This document shows, in pieces, positions 1 to 8,568 of a stretch of 64,000 nt of DNA; the first letter of the stretch is position 1, and each line of letters begins with the position of its first letter. Location: NCBI GenBank assembly GCA_963664815.2, contig CAXXHB010000003.1, positions 3,552,001 through 3,616,000 on the forward strand. The letters run 5' to 3'. Origin of the DNA: Spirochaetota bacterium. Its GTDB lineage: Bacteria; Spirochaetota; UBA4802; UBA5550. The position numbers and the translations under genes were made by a program. Under the pieces are notes generated by a model. It had not been told where the DNA came from and did not search any database. It saw only the letters and a list, made by a program, of their open reading frames with translations.

Positions 1-1120
1 TAATATCATCTCTTGAAGTCACCTCCGGGAAAAATGTTCCCAGTTCCTCTCCGGATTTGCCAACGGTAGCAGTGCATGAATATATCTTCCCTGTATAATC
101 GAAAGCCCATTCGCTTTTACAGGCGGGGCATGAATCAAATAACGGATGTGGAAGCTCACCGTTGTCAAAAAGAAACTTTGAAACTGAAAACAGAGGCCTG
201 TGAAACTCAAGTATATGAGGATGCTCATTTATAAGTTTATACAGCTTTTCATACAACTCCACCCGTTCAAAAAGTTTTTTATTACCTGCCATACAGTGAT
301 GCAGTTCATAATTTCTCCCTATCTGTGTTTTAAACAGCGGATTTTGTGTCCATCCCTTTGATATTGCAAAAGATGCAAAATCCGGGAGGTTATCAATATT
401 CTCCCTGTCTATAACCATTCTGAGATTTATCGGAAACCCGTTTCTCAGAGATTCATCTATACCTGCAACTATACGGTCAAATGTCTCACCCCTGTTTTTC
501 ATATAGCGCCGTCCGTCATGGACTTCACGCGTACCATCAAGTGTAACCTGTATTTCTCTAATATTCCCCTCAGACAGAATATTCATGTAATCAACCAGGT
601 TGTAACCGTTTGTAACAACAGCAAGATCCGTTTTTTTCATCGACGCTTTTTCTATAATCATCCGGAGATCATTACGGTTTTTATCGCCCGGAAGAAGCGG
701 TTCGCCGCCGAATATTGTTATATACTTTTTCCTGCCGATGAATTCCCTTTCTATATAGGCAAAGAAAGCATCCACAGCATGTTCAGTCAATGGCGCCTTC
801 TCAGGAGCATACCCATCCTGATAGCAGTATGAACAGGCGAAATTGCATTCATAACCAGGCACAAAAAATATCTGTATTTCTGAATTTTCTCTCTCCTCGA
901 TAAAATCAAGATATGCCAGTTTGTATCTCCGGTTCTCATCAGATTCATCTGAGAGATATCCCTTTGCAGCATACTCTTCCATGTCTGAATATTCACCCTT
1001 AATTACTTCGGCGGCTTTATCGGGAGTAAGAATATCAGCATTCCGGGACAGGGAATTAAGAATAAAATAATTCTCCGAATCTGCCAGTTTTCCAAATATA
1101 TTATGTTTTGAAAATTTCAT
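1..1120 (-). CDS. Radical SAM/SPASM-domain protein, putative peptide maturase (3' end runs off the window)
   Basis: Hand translation from ATG at 1120: MKFSKHNIFGKLADSENYFILNSLS...CNFACSYC (CxxxCxxC)...FGGEPLL...VTNG...QVTLDG..VHD.RR...CPACKSEWAFDYTGKIYSC (SPASM Cx12Gx4C). Open to base 2, so absent from the ORF track. Confidence 0.93.
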   Translation of the reverse strand, partial: MKFSKHNIFGKLADSENYFILNSLSRNADILTPDKAAEVIKGEYSDMEEYAAKGYLSDESDENRRYKLAYLDFIEERENSEIQIFFVPGYECNFACSYCYQDGYAPEKAPLTEHAVDAFFAYIEREFIGRKKYITIFGGEPLLPGDKNRNDLRMIIEKASMKKTDLAVVTNGYNLVDYMNILSEGNIREIQVTLDGTREVHDGRRYMKNRGETFDRIVAGIDESLRNGFPINLRMVIDRENIDNLPDFASFAISKGWTQNPLFKTQIGRNYELHHCMAGNKKLFERVELYEKLYKLINEHPHILEFHRPLFSVSKFLFDNGELPHPLFDSCPACKSEWAFDYTGKIYSCTATVGKSGEELGTFFPEVTSRDDI

Positions 1121-1153
1121 ATTATTATCACCTATCCGTGTTCAGCTAAGATT

Positions 1154-1188
1154 CACGGGGTGCCGGGTTTTTAACCCGGTCCCCCGTG
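1154..1188. other. GC-rich stem-loop between the peptide and rSAM genes
   Basis: cacgggg-tg-ccgggtt-ttt-aacccgg-tc-ccccgtg inverted repeat with no U-tract on the minus strand. Confidence 0.7.
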
Positions 1189-1192
1189 CCTG

Positions 1193-1288
1193 TCAATCGT
1201 GACATCCCGCCACTATTGTAGAAATCTTTGCACAACATTGTGCAACCCTGGAATCCGCCGATTCCTTTTTCCTTATCAGACTGTTCAT
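1193..1288 (-). CDS. 31-aa putative RiPP precursor peptide MNSLIRKKESADSRVAQCCAKISTIVAGCHD
   Basis: AAGGAG RBS upstream of ATG 1288; TGA at 1193-1195; directly upstream of the rSAM/SPASM gene; CC...GCHD C-terminus. Confidence 0.85.
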   Translation of the reverse strand: MNSLIRKKESADSRVAQCCAKISTIVAGCHD

Positions 1289-1339
1289 AATTTGAACTCC
1301 TTATATATTCACCGGCCTTATTGCCGGGTGTATACCATT

Positions 1340-1987
1340 TTAAATATTTTTAAAACCTGTTATCGTCCAGCTTGCCACATCGATCATCCCCTTGGAGTAT
1401 GGTACCGATTCTTCAATAATTCTGATATCGGCAAAACCCGCTTTTTCAAGTGATTCAAGATATTCACCGCGTGTAACCGATCCGGCCCAGCACTCCGCTA
1501 CAGCCTGCGGATCATTCCTGTATTCATCCGGCACTGGCAGGATTGAATATATATCACTTACAATAAATCTTCCCCCGTTTTTAAGAATCCTGTATATACT
1601 GCTCCAGACTCTGTCCTTATCCTCCGCATGGTTTATTGTGCAGTTTGAAATAACAACATCTGCAATTGAATCACCAAGCTTTATATCTTCCAGTTCCGAT
1701 CTTATAATAGCGGCATTCTTTATATCAAATTTTTTGATGAGCTCCTCAGCTTTTTCAATCATCCCATCGGATATATCCACCCCATAGGCGAAGCCGCTTT
1801 CCCCGGCCATATCCGCCAGTCTTACAACATCGTTTCCTCTGCCGCTGCCAAGATCAACACATACCTCGCCTGCTTTTACACCTGCATGATTTATTGCCCC
1901 GCCGCATGAAAGACAACATGAACTCTGTGACAGTGATGAATAACGCTGATTTATAGTTTTCAGCTGTATTTTCTTATATTCACTCAT
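1340..1987 (-). CDS. SAM-dependent methyltransferase, arsenite methyltransferase (ArsM)-like
   Basis: DLGSGRG motif I; Cys motifs LSCGG, ISNCTIN and AECWAGS match the positions of the ArsM catalytic cysteines. Confidence 0.8.
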   Translation of the reverse strand: MSEYKKIQLKTINQRYSSLSQSSCCLSCGGAINHAGVKAGEVCVDLGSGRGNDVVRLADMAGESGFAYGVDISDGMIEKAEELIKKFDIKNAAIIRSELEDIKLGDSIADVVISNCTINHAEDKDRVWSSIYRILKNGGRFIVSDIYSILPVPDEYRNDPQAVAECWAGSVTRGEYLESLEKAGFADIRIIEESVPYSKGMIDVASWTITGFKNI

Positions 1988-1988
1988 T

Positions 1989-2423
1989 TCATTTCTCCAT
2001 TGCCTGTGTTAAATAGATCAGCCCGTTTTCTACAGTATTCAATTCATCATCACGCAGCTGCATTTTGATCTTTTTTTCGCATTCATTTTTAAGTTTTATA
2101 AACGCTTTATGTTTTTTTATTCCCTCTTCGCTGAGCGACAGGTGAACAAACCTTCTGTCATCACTGGTTTCTGAGCGTTCCAGCAGATTTTTTTCAATCA
2201 TCTGATCTACTATCCTGCTCACCCTTGACGGAGAAAGCTTATTCCGTTCAGCCAGCTCATTGCCGTTTATCATCTCGCCGGGTTTTATAGAGAGAAGTAT
2301 AAAGGATTCCGGCCTGGTTAAGTTTTCATTTTTAAGCGTATCCTCGTTGAGGCTGTAGCATATATCACTAAGGTGTAGAATCGTTTCAATTATGTTAATC
2401 TCCATAATATTTTCCTCTGTCAA
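1989..2423 (-). CDS. MarR-family transcriptional regulator
   Basis: ELAE..LS.S.VSRIVD.M..K.L..R....DRR...L.LS..G winged-helix pattern. Confidence 0.9.
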   Translation of the reverse strand: MTEENIMEINIIETILHLSDICYSLNEDTLKNENLTRPESFILLSIKPGEMINGNELAERNKLSPSRVSRIVDQMIEKNLLERSETSDDRRFVHLSLSEEGIKKHKAFIKLKNECEKKIKMQLRDDELNTVENGLIYLTQAMEK

Positions 2424-2644
2424 TAATTGTTATTAACAAATATAATCAGTGAGTACAAAAAGTCAAGCAATATGTTAAGTATTTTATAATTTTATTAAAT
2501 AATCAATATTTCGCAACTTCCCCCCATAAATAATACAAATATTTCAATATAATCTTAATTTCTAATAAATCAGAATTTGGCATAGCTGTAATTTAAAGGG
2601 AAAGTAATAATGAGGCCATACAGATTCATTATAAATATTATTGC

Positions 2645-2873
2645 AGGGGCGGCACCTGGATTTGTTTATTACAAATTTACTTTCAGCTTTTCAATTTAAC
2701 TCTCGAGTTTTTCTATCCTATTAACTAACTGTAGAATTAACTCAACAACCGCATCTTTACCGAGATCATAAATTATTTCAGCATCTTCTCGTTTCATGAA
2801 ATATACTATATAATATGATTTTTAAATTAATAGAAAAAATATTTCCCCGGTTTTTTATAGCTGAGTAGTTAAC
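2645..2873 (-). pseudogene. IS66-family (ISBst12-like) left end and transposase N-terminal remnant
   Basis: Minus strand GTTAACTACTCAGC at 2860-2873 resembles IS66 terminal repeats; ATG 2797 gives MKREDAEIIYDLGKDAVVELILQLVNRIEKLES*IEKLK with internal stops. Confidence 0.6.
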
Positions 2874-2980
2874 ATTTTTTTTCAAAAACCCTACGCCGAA
2901 AACGTATCAGTTACTAAAACCGGCAAGGAGGTTATTTAATAAAAACTTAAAAAGCCGGAACAGCTTATATTGAATTGATG

Positions 2981-3331
2981 CTATTTTTTACTCTTCCGGT
3001 TTTTTTTATCCTTATAATTCAGGTCTGTAAAAAGTATTTCTGCCTGCTCCATGGCTATCCGAAGAGCATCACACCCTTTATCAGTAATATTATAATATTT
3101 TCTGATTTTACCCCCGACATTACAATCTTCATGAAGGAGGTAACCCTTGTTTTCAAGGCCATGAAAAGTATTGTAAAGAGTGCCGTATGATAAATGATAC
3201 CCTGCCTCTGTAAGGTGTTCATGAATTTCCTTTCCGTATACAGGTTCTTTTTTTGCGTATTGGAGAATATATATTTTAATAAATCCGAGAAGAAATTCAT
3301 GTTTCATTACATCAGCCATAGGTGTCTCCAT
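2981..3331 (-). CDS. PadR-family transcriptional regulator
   Basis: FLLGFIKIYIL...YG.EI...L...GY.LS.GTLY...LE.KG.L...GKIRKYY.IT.KG. Confidence 0.9.
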   Translation of the reverse strand: METPMADVMKHEFLLGFIKIYILQYAKKEPVYGKEIHEHLTEAGYHLSYGTLYNTFHGLENKGYLLHEDCNVGGKIRKYYNITDKGCDALRIAMEQAEILFTDLNYKDKKNRKSKK

Positions 3332-3526
3332 AAACTAACATTTTCAGTAACTGTTTAAAAAACATGAGTAATTAAGGTTTTCCCGCGCTTATGACGCGGA
3401 GATATATTCCACCACCGGTTTTTGAGTGAACACTTTTTTAAGATAAAAAAGCCAGCTCCCCTGCATCTGAAATGGCGGGGATAAGGCAAATGTGCCATAA
3501 TTATTCAACAAAATCAAGTTCTTTCT

Positions 3527-4525
3527 TTATTTCACTACTGAGTCTGGTTTTTCCGCTGACGCAATTTTTTCAGGTCTGCTGTCAAATTTTCCGGATACGG
3601 CAAATGGAATATTATACTCCTGCGAAGCGTTCCATAAAATAAAACCGTTCACCCCTGCGTCATTAACAGCTTCAATCTGTTTTTCAATATATTTCTCATA
3701 ACTGAGCCCCGATCTTTTTACCTTCATACGGAATGCCTGTATCCATGGGACGATGATACTGTTTTTTACGCGTTTTTTTGCATCAACTGAAGTCAGATGA
3801 ACGGTATAATAAGGATCAGCCATCATTTTTCTGCTCCATGTATAATGTGAAGGATAAGCCATGGGGCATATTACGTTGACCACTTCATCGAGAACCTCCA
3901 TCTTCTGCCCTATGGGATCATCAATATTAAGCGGGATTCGGCCGAAAACATCAACAGCTATCCGCACATTATATTTTTTAAGGCGGTCGCTGAATTTCGC
4001 TACAACTGATTTTATTATCTGGTATTTTTCTTTTATTGTGATATTCTTTAAGATTCCATGATCATTGAACCTTATATAATCGAGCTGGATCTCTTCGAAA
4101 CCGGCCTGACACGCCTCCTCGGCAATAGACAGTCGTTCTTCAAGAAACTCAGCTGATACAGGATACTTTTTAAGACCATCCGGAAACATTACAACCCTTG
4201 CTATTGTGTGAAATCCGTTCTGGGTGCAATATTCCACATTTTTTTTCGGAGTAACAGCCCTGTTCATGGCAGAAGTCTGTACATCTATAACCACTGTATT
4301 AAGTCCCGAAGATTTAGCCCTGTTTATAAAACCGGACAGCTTTTCAAAGTTTCTCCCCGATTCACTGTTAAGATAAAATCCCTTATAAAACTCCGGATAT
4401 TTAAACTCTTTTTTATCACTCTTTGCCTCAGTGAGTTCAACAGCATTTGTTGAACTCCTTATAAAAAACATTGCACCGGCAACAGCAAGAATTAAAACTG
4501 AACCTATTATGATTTTTTTATTCAT
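3527..4525 (-). CDS. Exported putative glycoside hydrolase (DUF4015-like)
   Basis: N-terminal hydrophobic segment; NTVVIDV, GFEEIQLDYIRF, CPMAYPSHY, PWIQAF, WNA motifs. Confidence 0.8.
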   Translation of the reverse strand: MNKKIIIGSVLILAVAGAMFFIRSSTNAVELTEAKSDKKEFKYPEFYKGFYLNSESGRNFEKLSGFINRAKSSGLNTVVIDVQTSAMNRAVTPKKNVEYCTQNGFHTIARVVMFPDGLKKYPVSAEFLEERLSIAEEACQAGFEEIQLDYIRFNDHGILKNITIKEKYQIIKSVVAKFSDRLKKYNVRIAVDVFGRIPLNIDDPIGQKMEVLDEVVNVICPMAYPSHYTWSRKMMADPYYTVHLTSVDAKKRVKNSIIVPWIQAFRMKVKRSGLSYEKYIEKQIEAVNDAGVNGFILWNASQEYNIPFAVSGKFDSRPEKIASAEKPDSVVK

Positions 4526-4573
4526 TTGAATTTCCCTTATCTTCCCGGCCCGTTATTGACACGCCGTCAAATC

Positions 4574-4614
4574 CTTCATATACTGATATCAAAATTTGAT
4601 ATCAGTATATGAAG
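4574..4614. promoter_or_regulatory. Perfect 20-bp inverted repeat with 1-nt spacer, probable operator
   Basis: cttcatatactgatatcaaa-a-tttgatatcagtatatgaag, adjoining a minus-strand TTGACT about 90 nt upstream of the 4525 start. Confidence 0.6.
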
Positions 4615-5158
4615 TCAAGAATTAATTGCTTTAAGTACCGATAAAAAACAGAATTCATCAGAACAGCGGGAGTAAAAAATATGATTCTTAAGATAAGAGG
4701 CTGGCATTATATAATTGAAACCGGAGATATTATTTAGAAAAGTGATGAATAACACATGGATAGAATAATTAAATATCAAACGGCAAAGATAAAACAGTTT
4801 ATGTTATTAATTGAATTCAAGAACACTATTATAACATAAATATATAATGAATACAAACTCCTGGATATATCACACCTTTTTAAATAATAAACATGGGCAC
4901 AAAAATTGTGTTATAATTCATGCACATCGAAATACTTCAAAATTTTTTATTTATAAAACTGTATTATATTTACGGTTTGAATTTTTTAATCAAATGAGTT
5001 TCAGCAGCGCCGGTACTTAATGTTTCTTGTTTATATAAAATATATGACTATAAATCATTACCGGTATTTATTTATAAATCTATTTGATCTGCTATTCAGC
5101 ACAAACCAGCCTCTGTTGGTATGTGCTGAATCTTTTATACCTGCGGACAGTCTGATCA

Positions 5159-5755
5159 TCAGATTGATATCTCCCTGCTGCACAACCTGTTCAGCAGATA
5201 GCTGTCGTGACTGATCACGATCAGACCGACATCATGCCTTTTACTAAAATCAATGACAATATCCCATATCTGTGCCTGTGTTACAGCATCAAGCATCCCT
5301 GATATTTCATCACAGATAAGATACCTTACCTGTGTATTTAAAATTCGCGCTACACAGATTCTCTGAAGTTCACCACCTGATAATTCATGCGGGTAACGTT
5401 CAAGCCATGATTCATTTATTGCGAGTTTATCAATAAACTCTTTATCCGGTCGCTGACCTTCAACCTCACAGATGGTTTTTTTAATCTTCCACCGGGGATT
5501 TACTGATAACTCAGGATGCTGATGTATAAGCTGAACAGGCAGGAAGCCTTTATCTGGCAGTTTTTTACCCTCACATAAAACCTCACCCTTTGCAGGTTTA
5601 ATATAGCCCGAAAGTATTCTCGCAAGGGTAGTCTTGCCAAGACCGCTCTTACCTTGAAGGCCGACTGACTCGCCAGGGTTCAATGAAAAATTAACATTAT
5701 CAAGAAGCCACTCTGAACCATGATATTTAAAACAAATATCATTACACTCCAACAT
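5159..5755 (-). CDS. ABC transporter ATP-binding protein (NikE/DppF-like)
   Basis: GKSGLGKTT Walker A, LSGGELQR signature, ICDE, SHD. Confidence 0.92.
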   Translation of the reverse strand: MLECNDICFKYHGSEWLLDNVNFSLNPGESVGLQGKSGLGKTTLARILSGYIKPAKGEVLCEGKKLPDKGFLPVQLIHQHPELSVNPRWKIKKTICEVEGQRPDKEFIDKLAINESWLERYPHELSGGELQRICVARILNTQVRYLICDEISGMLDAVTQAQIWDIVIDFSKRHDVGLIVISHDSYLLNRLCSREISI

Positions 5756-6677
5756 TATGGCACCTTACAAATCCGTTGTCATATTCTGTTCTTCCTGGAT
5801 GTTTTATCCTGCAAATATCGCTTTTCTGTGTACATCGCGGCTCAAATCTGCATCCGGTTATTTTACTGTTTCCATCAGGCTGTGAACCGGTTATACAAGT
5901 AAAGCTGTTCTGAGGAAGTGCTTCAACAAGGACTCTTGAATAGGGATGATTAAGCTTTACCGGTTTTTTAAAATTTGATGCCGGAGCAGACTCAATAGTG
6001 GTACCGGCATAAAATACTGAAATTTTATCCGCAAACTTAAGTGCCGCGTTAATGTCATGTGTAATAAGAATAACACCCTTCCCCGATTCGGCAAAATTCC
6101 GCAGAATTGACATCGAATCATCGATTGCGGAAGCATCAAGCCCTGTTGTAGGTTCATCGGCTATTATAAGACTTGCATCGGAGACCGTAGCAGTTGCAGT
6201 AAGAATACGCCTTGCCATACCCCCGGATACTTCGTGGGGATAAAGCTTCTGAACATCTTCTGAAAGTTTATAGTTCCTGAATGCTGAATCCCTGATTTCA
6301 AGTGATTTACCTTTATCCCCGGTACATAAATATGCAGAGCGAAAAACCTGTTTTCCTGTAGTGTTAAGTGGATTTAAAAAGCTTACAGATTGCGGAATAA
6401 GGACAATATCTTTACCCCTGAGTTTCTTTTTTCTCTCGTCGGTTAACGGCTGATTCTTGTATATTATGCTCCCCGAAGAGACAGCGTTGTTCGGAAGAAT
6501 TCCCAGTATAGCATGCGCAAGAAGGCTTTTACCGGCACCGCTTGAGCCTATCACAGCAACGACCTCACCGCTTTTTACCGTCAGGTCAAGACGAGAAATT
6601 ACATCAAGATGGGTTCTTCTGAATGACGATTTATTATACCTGTTGAATCCAAGCGAAAAATCTCTGATTTCAAGCAT
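5742..6677 (-). CDS. ABC transporter ATP-binding protein (NikD/DppD-like)
   Basis: GSSGAGKS, YPHEVSGGM, ADEPTTGLD, C-terminal HPY and GCRFEPRC oligopeptide domain. Confidence 0.93.
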   Translation of the reverse strand: MLEIRDFSLGFNRYNKSSFRRTHLDVISRLDLTVKSGEVVAVIGSSGAGKSLLAHAILGILPNNAVSSGSIIYKNQPLTDERKKKLRGKDIVLIPQSVSFLNPLNTTGKQVFRSAYLCTGDKGKSLEIRDSAFRNYKLSEDVQKLYPHEVSGGMARRILTATATVSDASLIIADEPTTGLDASAIDDSMSILRNFAESGKGVILITHDINAALKFADKISVFYAGTTIESAPASNFKKPVKLNHPYSRVLVEALPQNSFTCITGSQPDGNSKITGCRFEPRCTQKSDICRIKHPGRTEYDNGFVRCHNVGV

Positions 6678-6680
6678 ATT

Positions 6681-7547
6681 CTACTCCTGTGCTGTACGAG
6701 GATCAAGTATCCTGCGGAGGTTTGATCCGAAAAGATCAAAGAGAATTACAATAAAAACAAGGGCTACCCCAGGAAAGACCGCAAGCCACCAGCAACCGGT
6801 TGAGATGTTTCTCATAGATTCGGACAGGAGAATTCCGATAGAGGGATAATGCGGATCAAGGCCGAAACCCAAAAACGTAAGCCCGGCGGAATGTAGTATG
6901 GCATGGGGGAAAAGAAGTATTAATCCCACAATAAACTGATTTACCACATAACCTGCCATATGATTTTGTGCCACCCAGAACCTTGATCTTCCGAGTTTAT
7001 AAGATATCTGAACATAATCTGAATTTTTAACCTGTATAATCTCCGCCCTTATAACCCTTGTCATCCTCGGCCAGTGAGAAAGTGCAACTGCAATTATAAC
7101 ACCCCTTACGCCGCCGCCCGCTGCAAAAGCAATGAGTATAAGGAGAACTACATGAGGCAGGGAGATGAACATATCAACCAGCGCCGTTACTGCGCCATCA
7201 GCGGCTTTTCCTGCCGTCGCGGACATAATGCCGAGAAAAAGCGCTATAAACGAACTTAAAACCGACGCAAAAACACCAATCTTAAGACTCACATAGAGAC
7301 CAATAACAATCCGTGTCAGCATATCCCTTCCAATAATATCTGTTCCAAGCAAGTGTTCAGAAGAGGGAGGGAGGTTCCGGTTTAAAATATCAGTATTTAA
7401 CCCGGATCTATCCATGGACAGACTGAGAGTGACAAGTATTAAAATAATCATGGCTGATGATGCCGCAACAATAATTCCGGACAATCTGACGCTTAGGGAA
7501 AAGCCCTGTTTATCTTTAGTCTCCATAAAGCATATTCCCTGTTCCAA
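6681..7547 (-). CDS. ABC transporter permease (NikC/DppC-like); start may be 7526
   Basis: HLLGTDIIGRD, TM helices, LTFLGFG..P..PSIG. Confidence 0.92.
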   Translation of the reverse strand: MEQGICFMETKDKQGFSLSVRLSGIIVAASSAMIILILVTLSLSMDRSGLNTDILNRNLPPSSEHLLGTDIIGRDMLTRIVIGLYVSLKIGVFASVLSSFIALFLGIMSATAGKAADGAVTALVDMFISLPHVVLLILIAFAAGGGVRGVIIAVALSHWPRMTRVIRAEIIQVKNSDYVQISYKLGRSRFWVAQNHMAGYVVNQFIVGLILLFPHAILHSAGLTFLGFGLDPHYPSIGILLSESMRNISTGCWWLAVFPGVALVFIVILFDLFGSNLRRILDPRTAQE

Positions 7548-8568
7548 TCCTGGGGTCTATCTTTTCATAGATAAGATCAGCAATGGCATTACCGGTAAAA
7601 ATAAAAATTGTGCTGAATATAACAATTCCAAGAAGAAGCGGAACATCACCCCGTATTCCCGCTTCAATGGATGCCCTGCCCAGTCCCGGATATGAAAATA
7701 CCTGCTCGGCAAATACCGCACCGCCGAATATTTCACCGATTGAAGCAAACTGCAGGGTAATAGCCGGGATAAGGGCGTTTCTGAAGATATGGTGCCTTGC
7801 AATACCGTAATCTGTCTCCCCCTGTGCCCTCGCGAAAAGTACATAGTCTGTTTTCAGAATTTCCTTTACCTTATCCCTGGTATGCAGAGTAACGTTAGCC
7901 GTACTTATGACTGACAGTGACAATGCCGGAAGAATGATGTGATGCACCCTTTGCAAAAATGTGGCCTGATCTGGCATTACACCTGCCGGTATTGCCCCGG
8001 AGATCGGGGTAACGCCTAAATATACTGAAAAAACCATCAGGAGAATTATTCCAAGCCAGAATGTCGGAGTTGAAGCGATTGTGTATGAATATAGGACTAT
8101 TATTCTGTCCGTGACAGAGCCGTTATACATCCCGGAAAGTATACCGAGAAAAAAACCTATTACCCCGGAGAGTACCCAGGCTATAAGCATAAGCCATATG
8201 GAAACCATAAACCGTCTACCTATGACATTTATAACCGGTTCATTGTAAACCATCGATACACCAAAGTCACCTTTTGCGAGCTGCGAAATCCAGTGAAAGA
8301 AACGGGTAAGCGGGGGCTGATCAAGCCCCCACTTTTTTGCTATAAGTTCTTTCTGTGCGGTACTTATTAAAAGCATATCAGCGCCGACGTAAGCATTCAC
8401 CGGATTAATTGGTGAATGCTGAACAATTACAAAAGAGAAAACCGATACAAGGGAAAGCACTATAAAAAGTTTAACAATTTTTTTCCATATTTTTTCAGCC
8501 AATAGAAACTTTCCAGACTTCATCTGTTGATCCATTTCCACTCGTTGATGTTTGAAGTTAATGGCCAT
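7516..8568 (-). CDS. ABC transporter permease (NikB/DppB-like); start may be 8523
   Basis: GLDQP, GDFGVS, PTFWLG, ARAQG, EQVFSYPGLG. Confidence 0.92.
   Translation of the reverse strand: MAINFKHQRVEMDQQMKSGKFLLAEKIWKKIVKLFIVLSLVSVFSFVIVQHSPINPVNAYVGADMLLISTAQKELIAKKWGLDQPPLTRFFHWISQLAKGDFGVSMVYNEPVINVIGRRFMVSIWLMLIAWVLSGVIGFFLGILSGMYNGSVTDRIIVLYSYTIASTPTFWLGIILLMVFSVYLGVTPISGAIPAGVMPDQATFLQRVHHIILPALSLSVISTANVTLHTRDKVKEILKTDYVLFARAQGETDYGIARHHIFRNALIPAITLQFASIGEIFGGAVFAEQVFSYPGLGRASIEAGIRGDVPLLLGIVIFSTIFIFTGNAIADLIYEKIDPRIGTGNMLYGD

Noticed and set aside
19-1453. ORF-track entries 19-228, 518-832, 787-996 and 1199-1453
   Set aside because: Alternate-frame or antisense shadows of the rSAM, peptide and methyltransferase genes; the same applies to most short ORFs nested in long genes across the window
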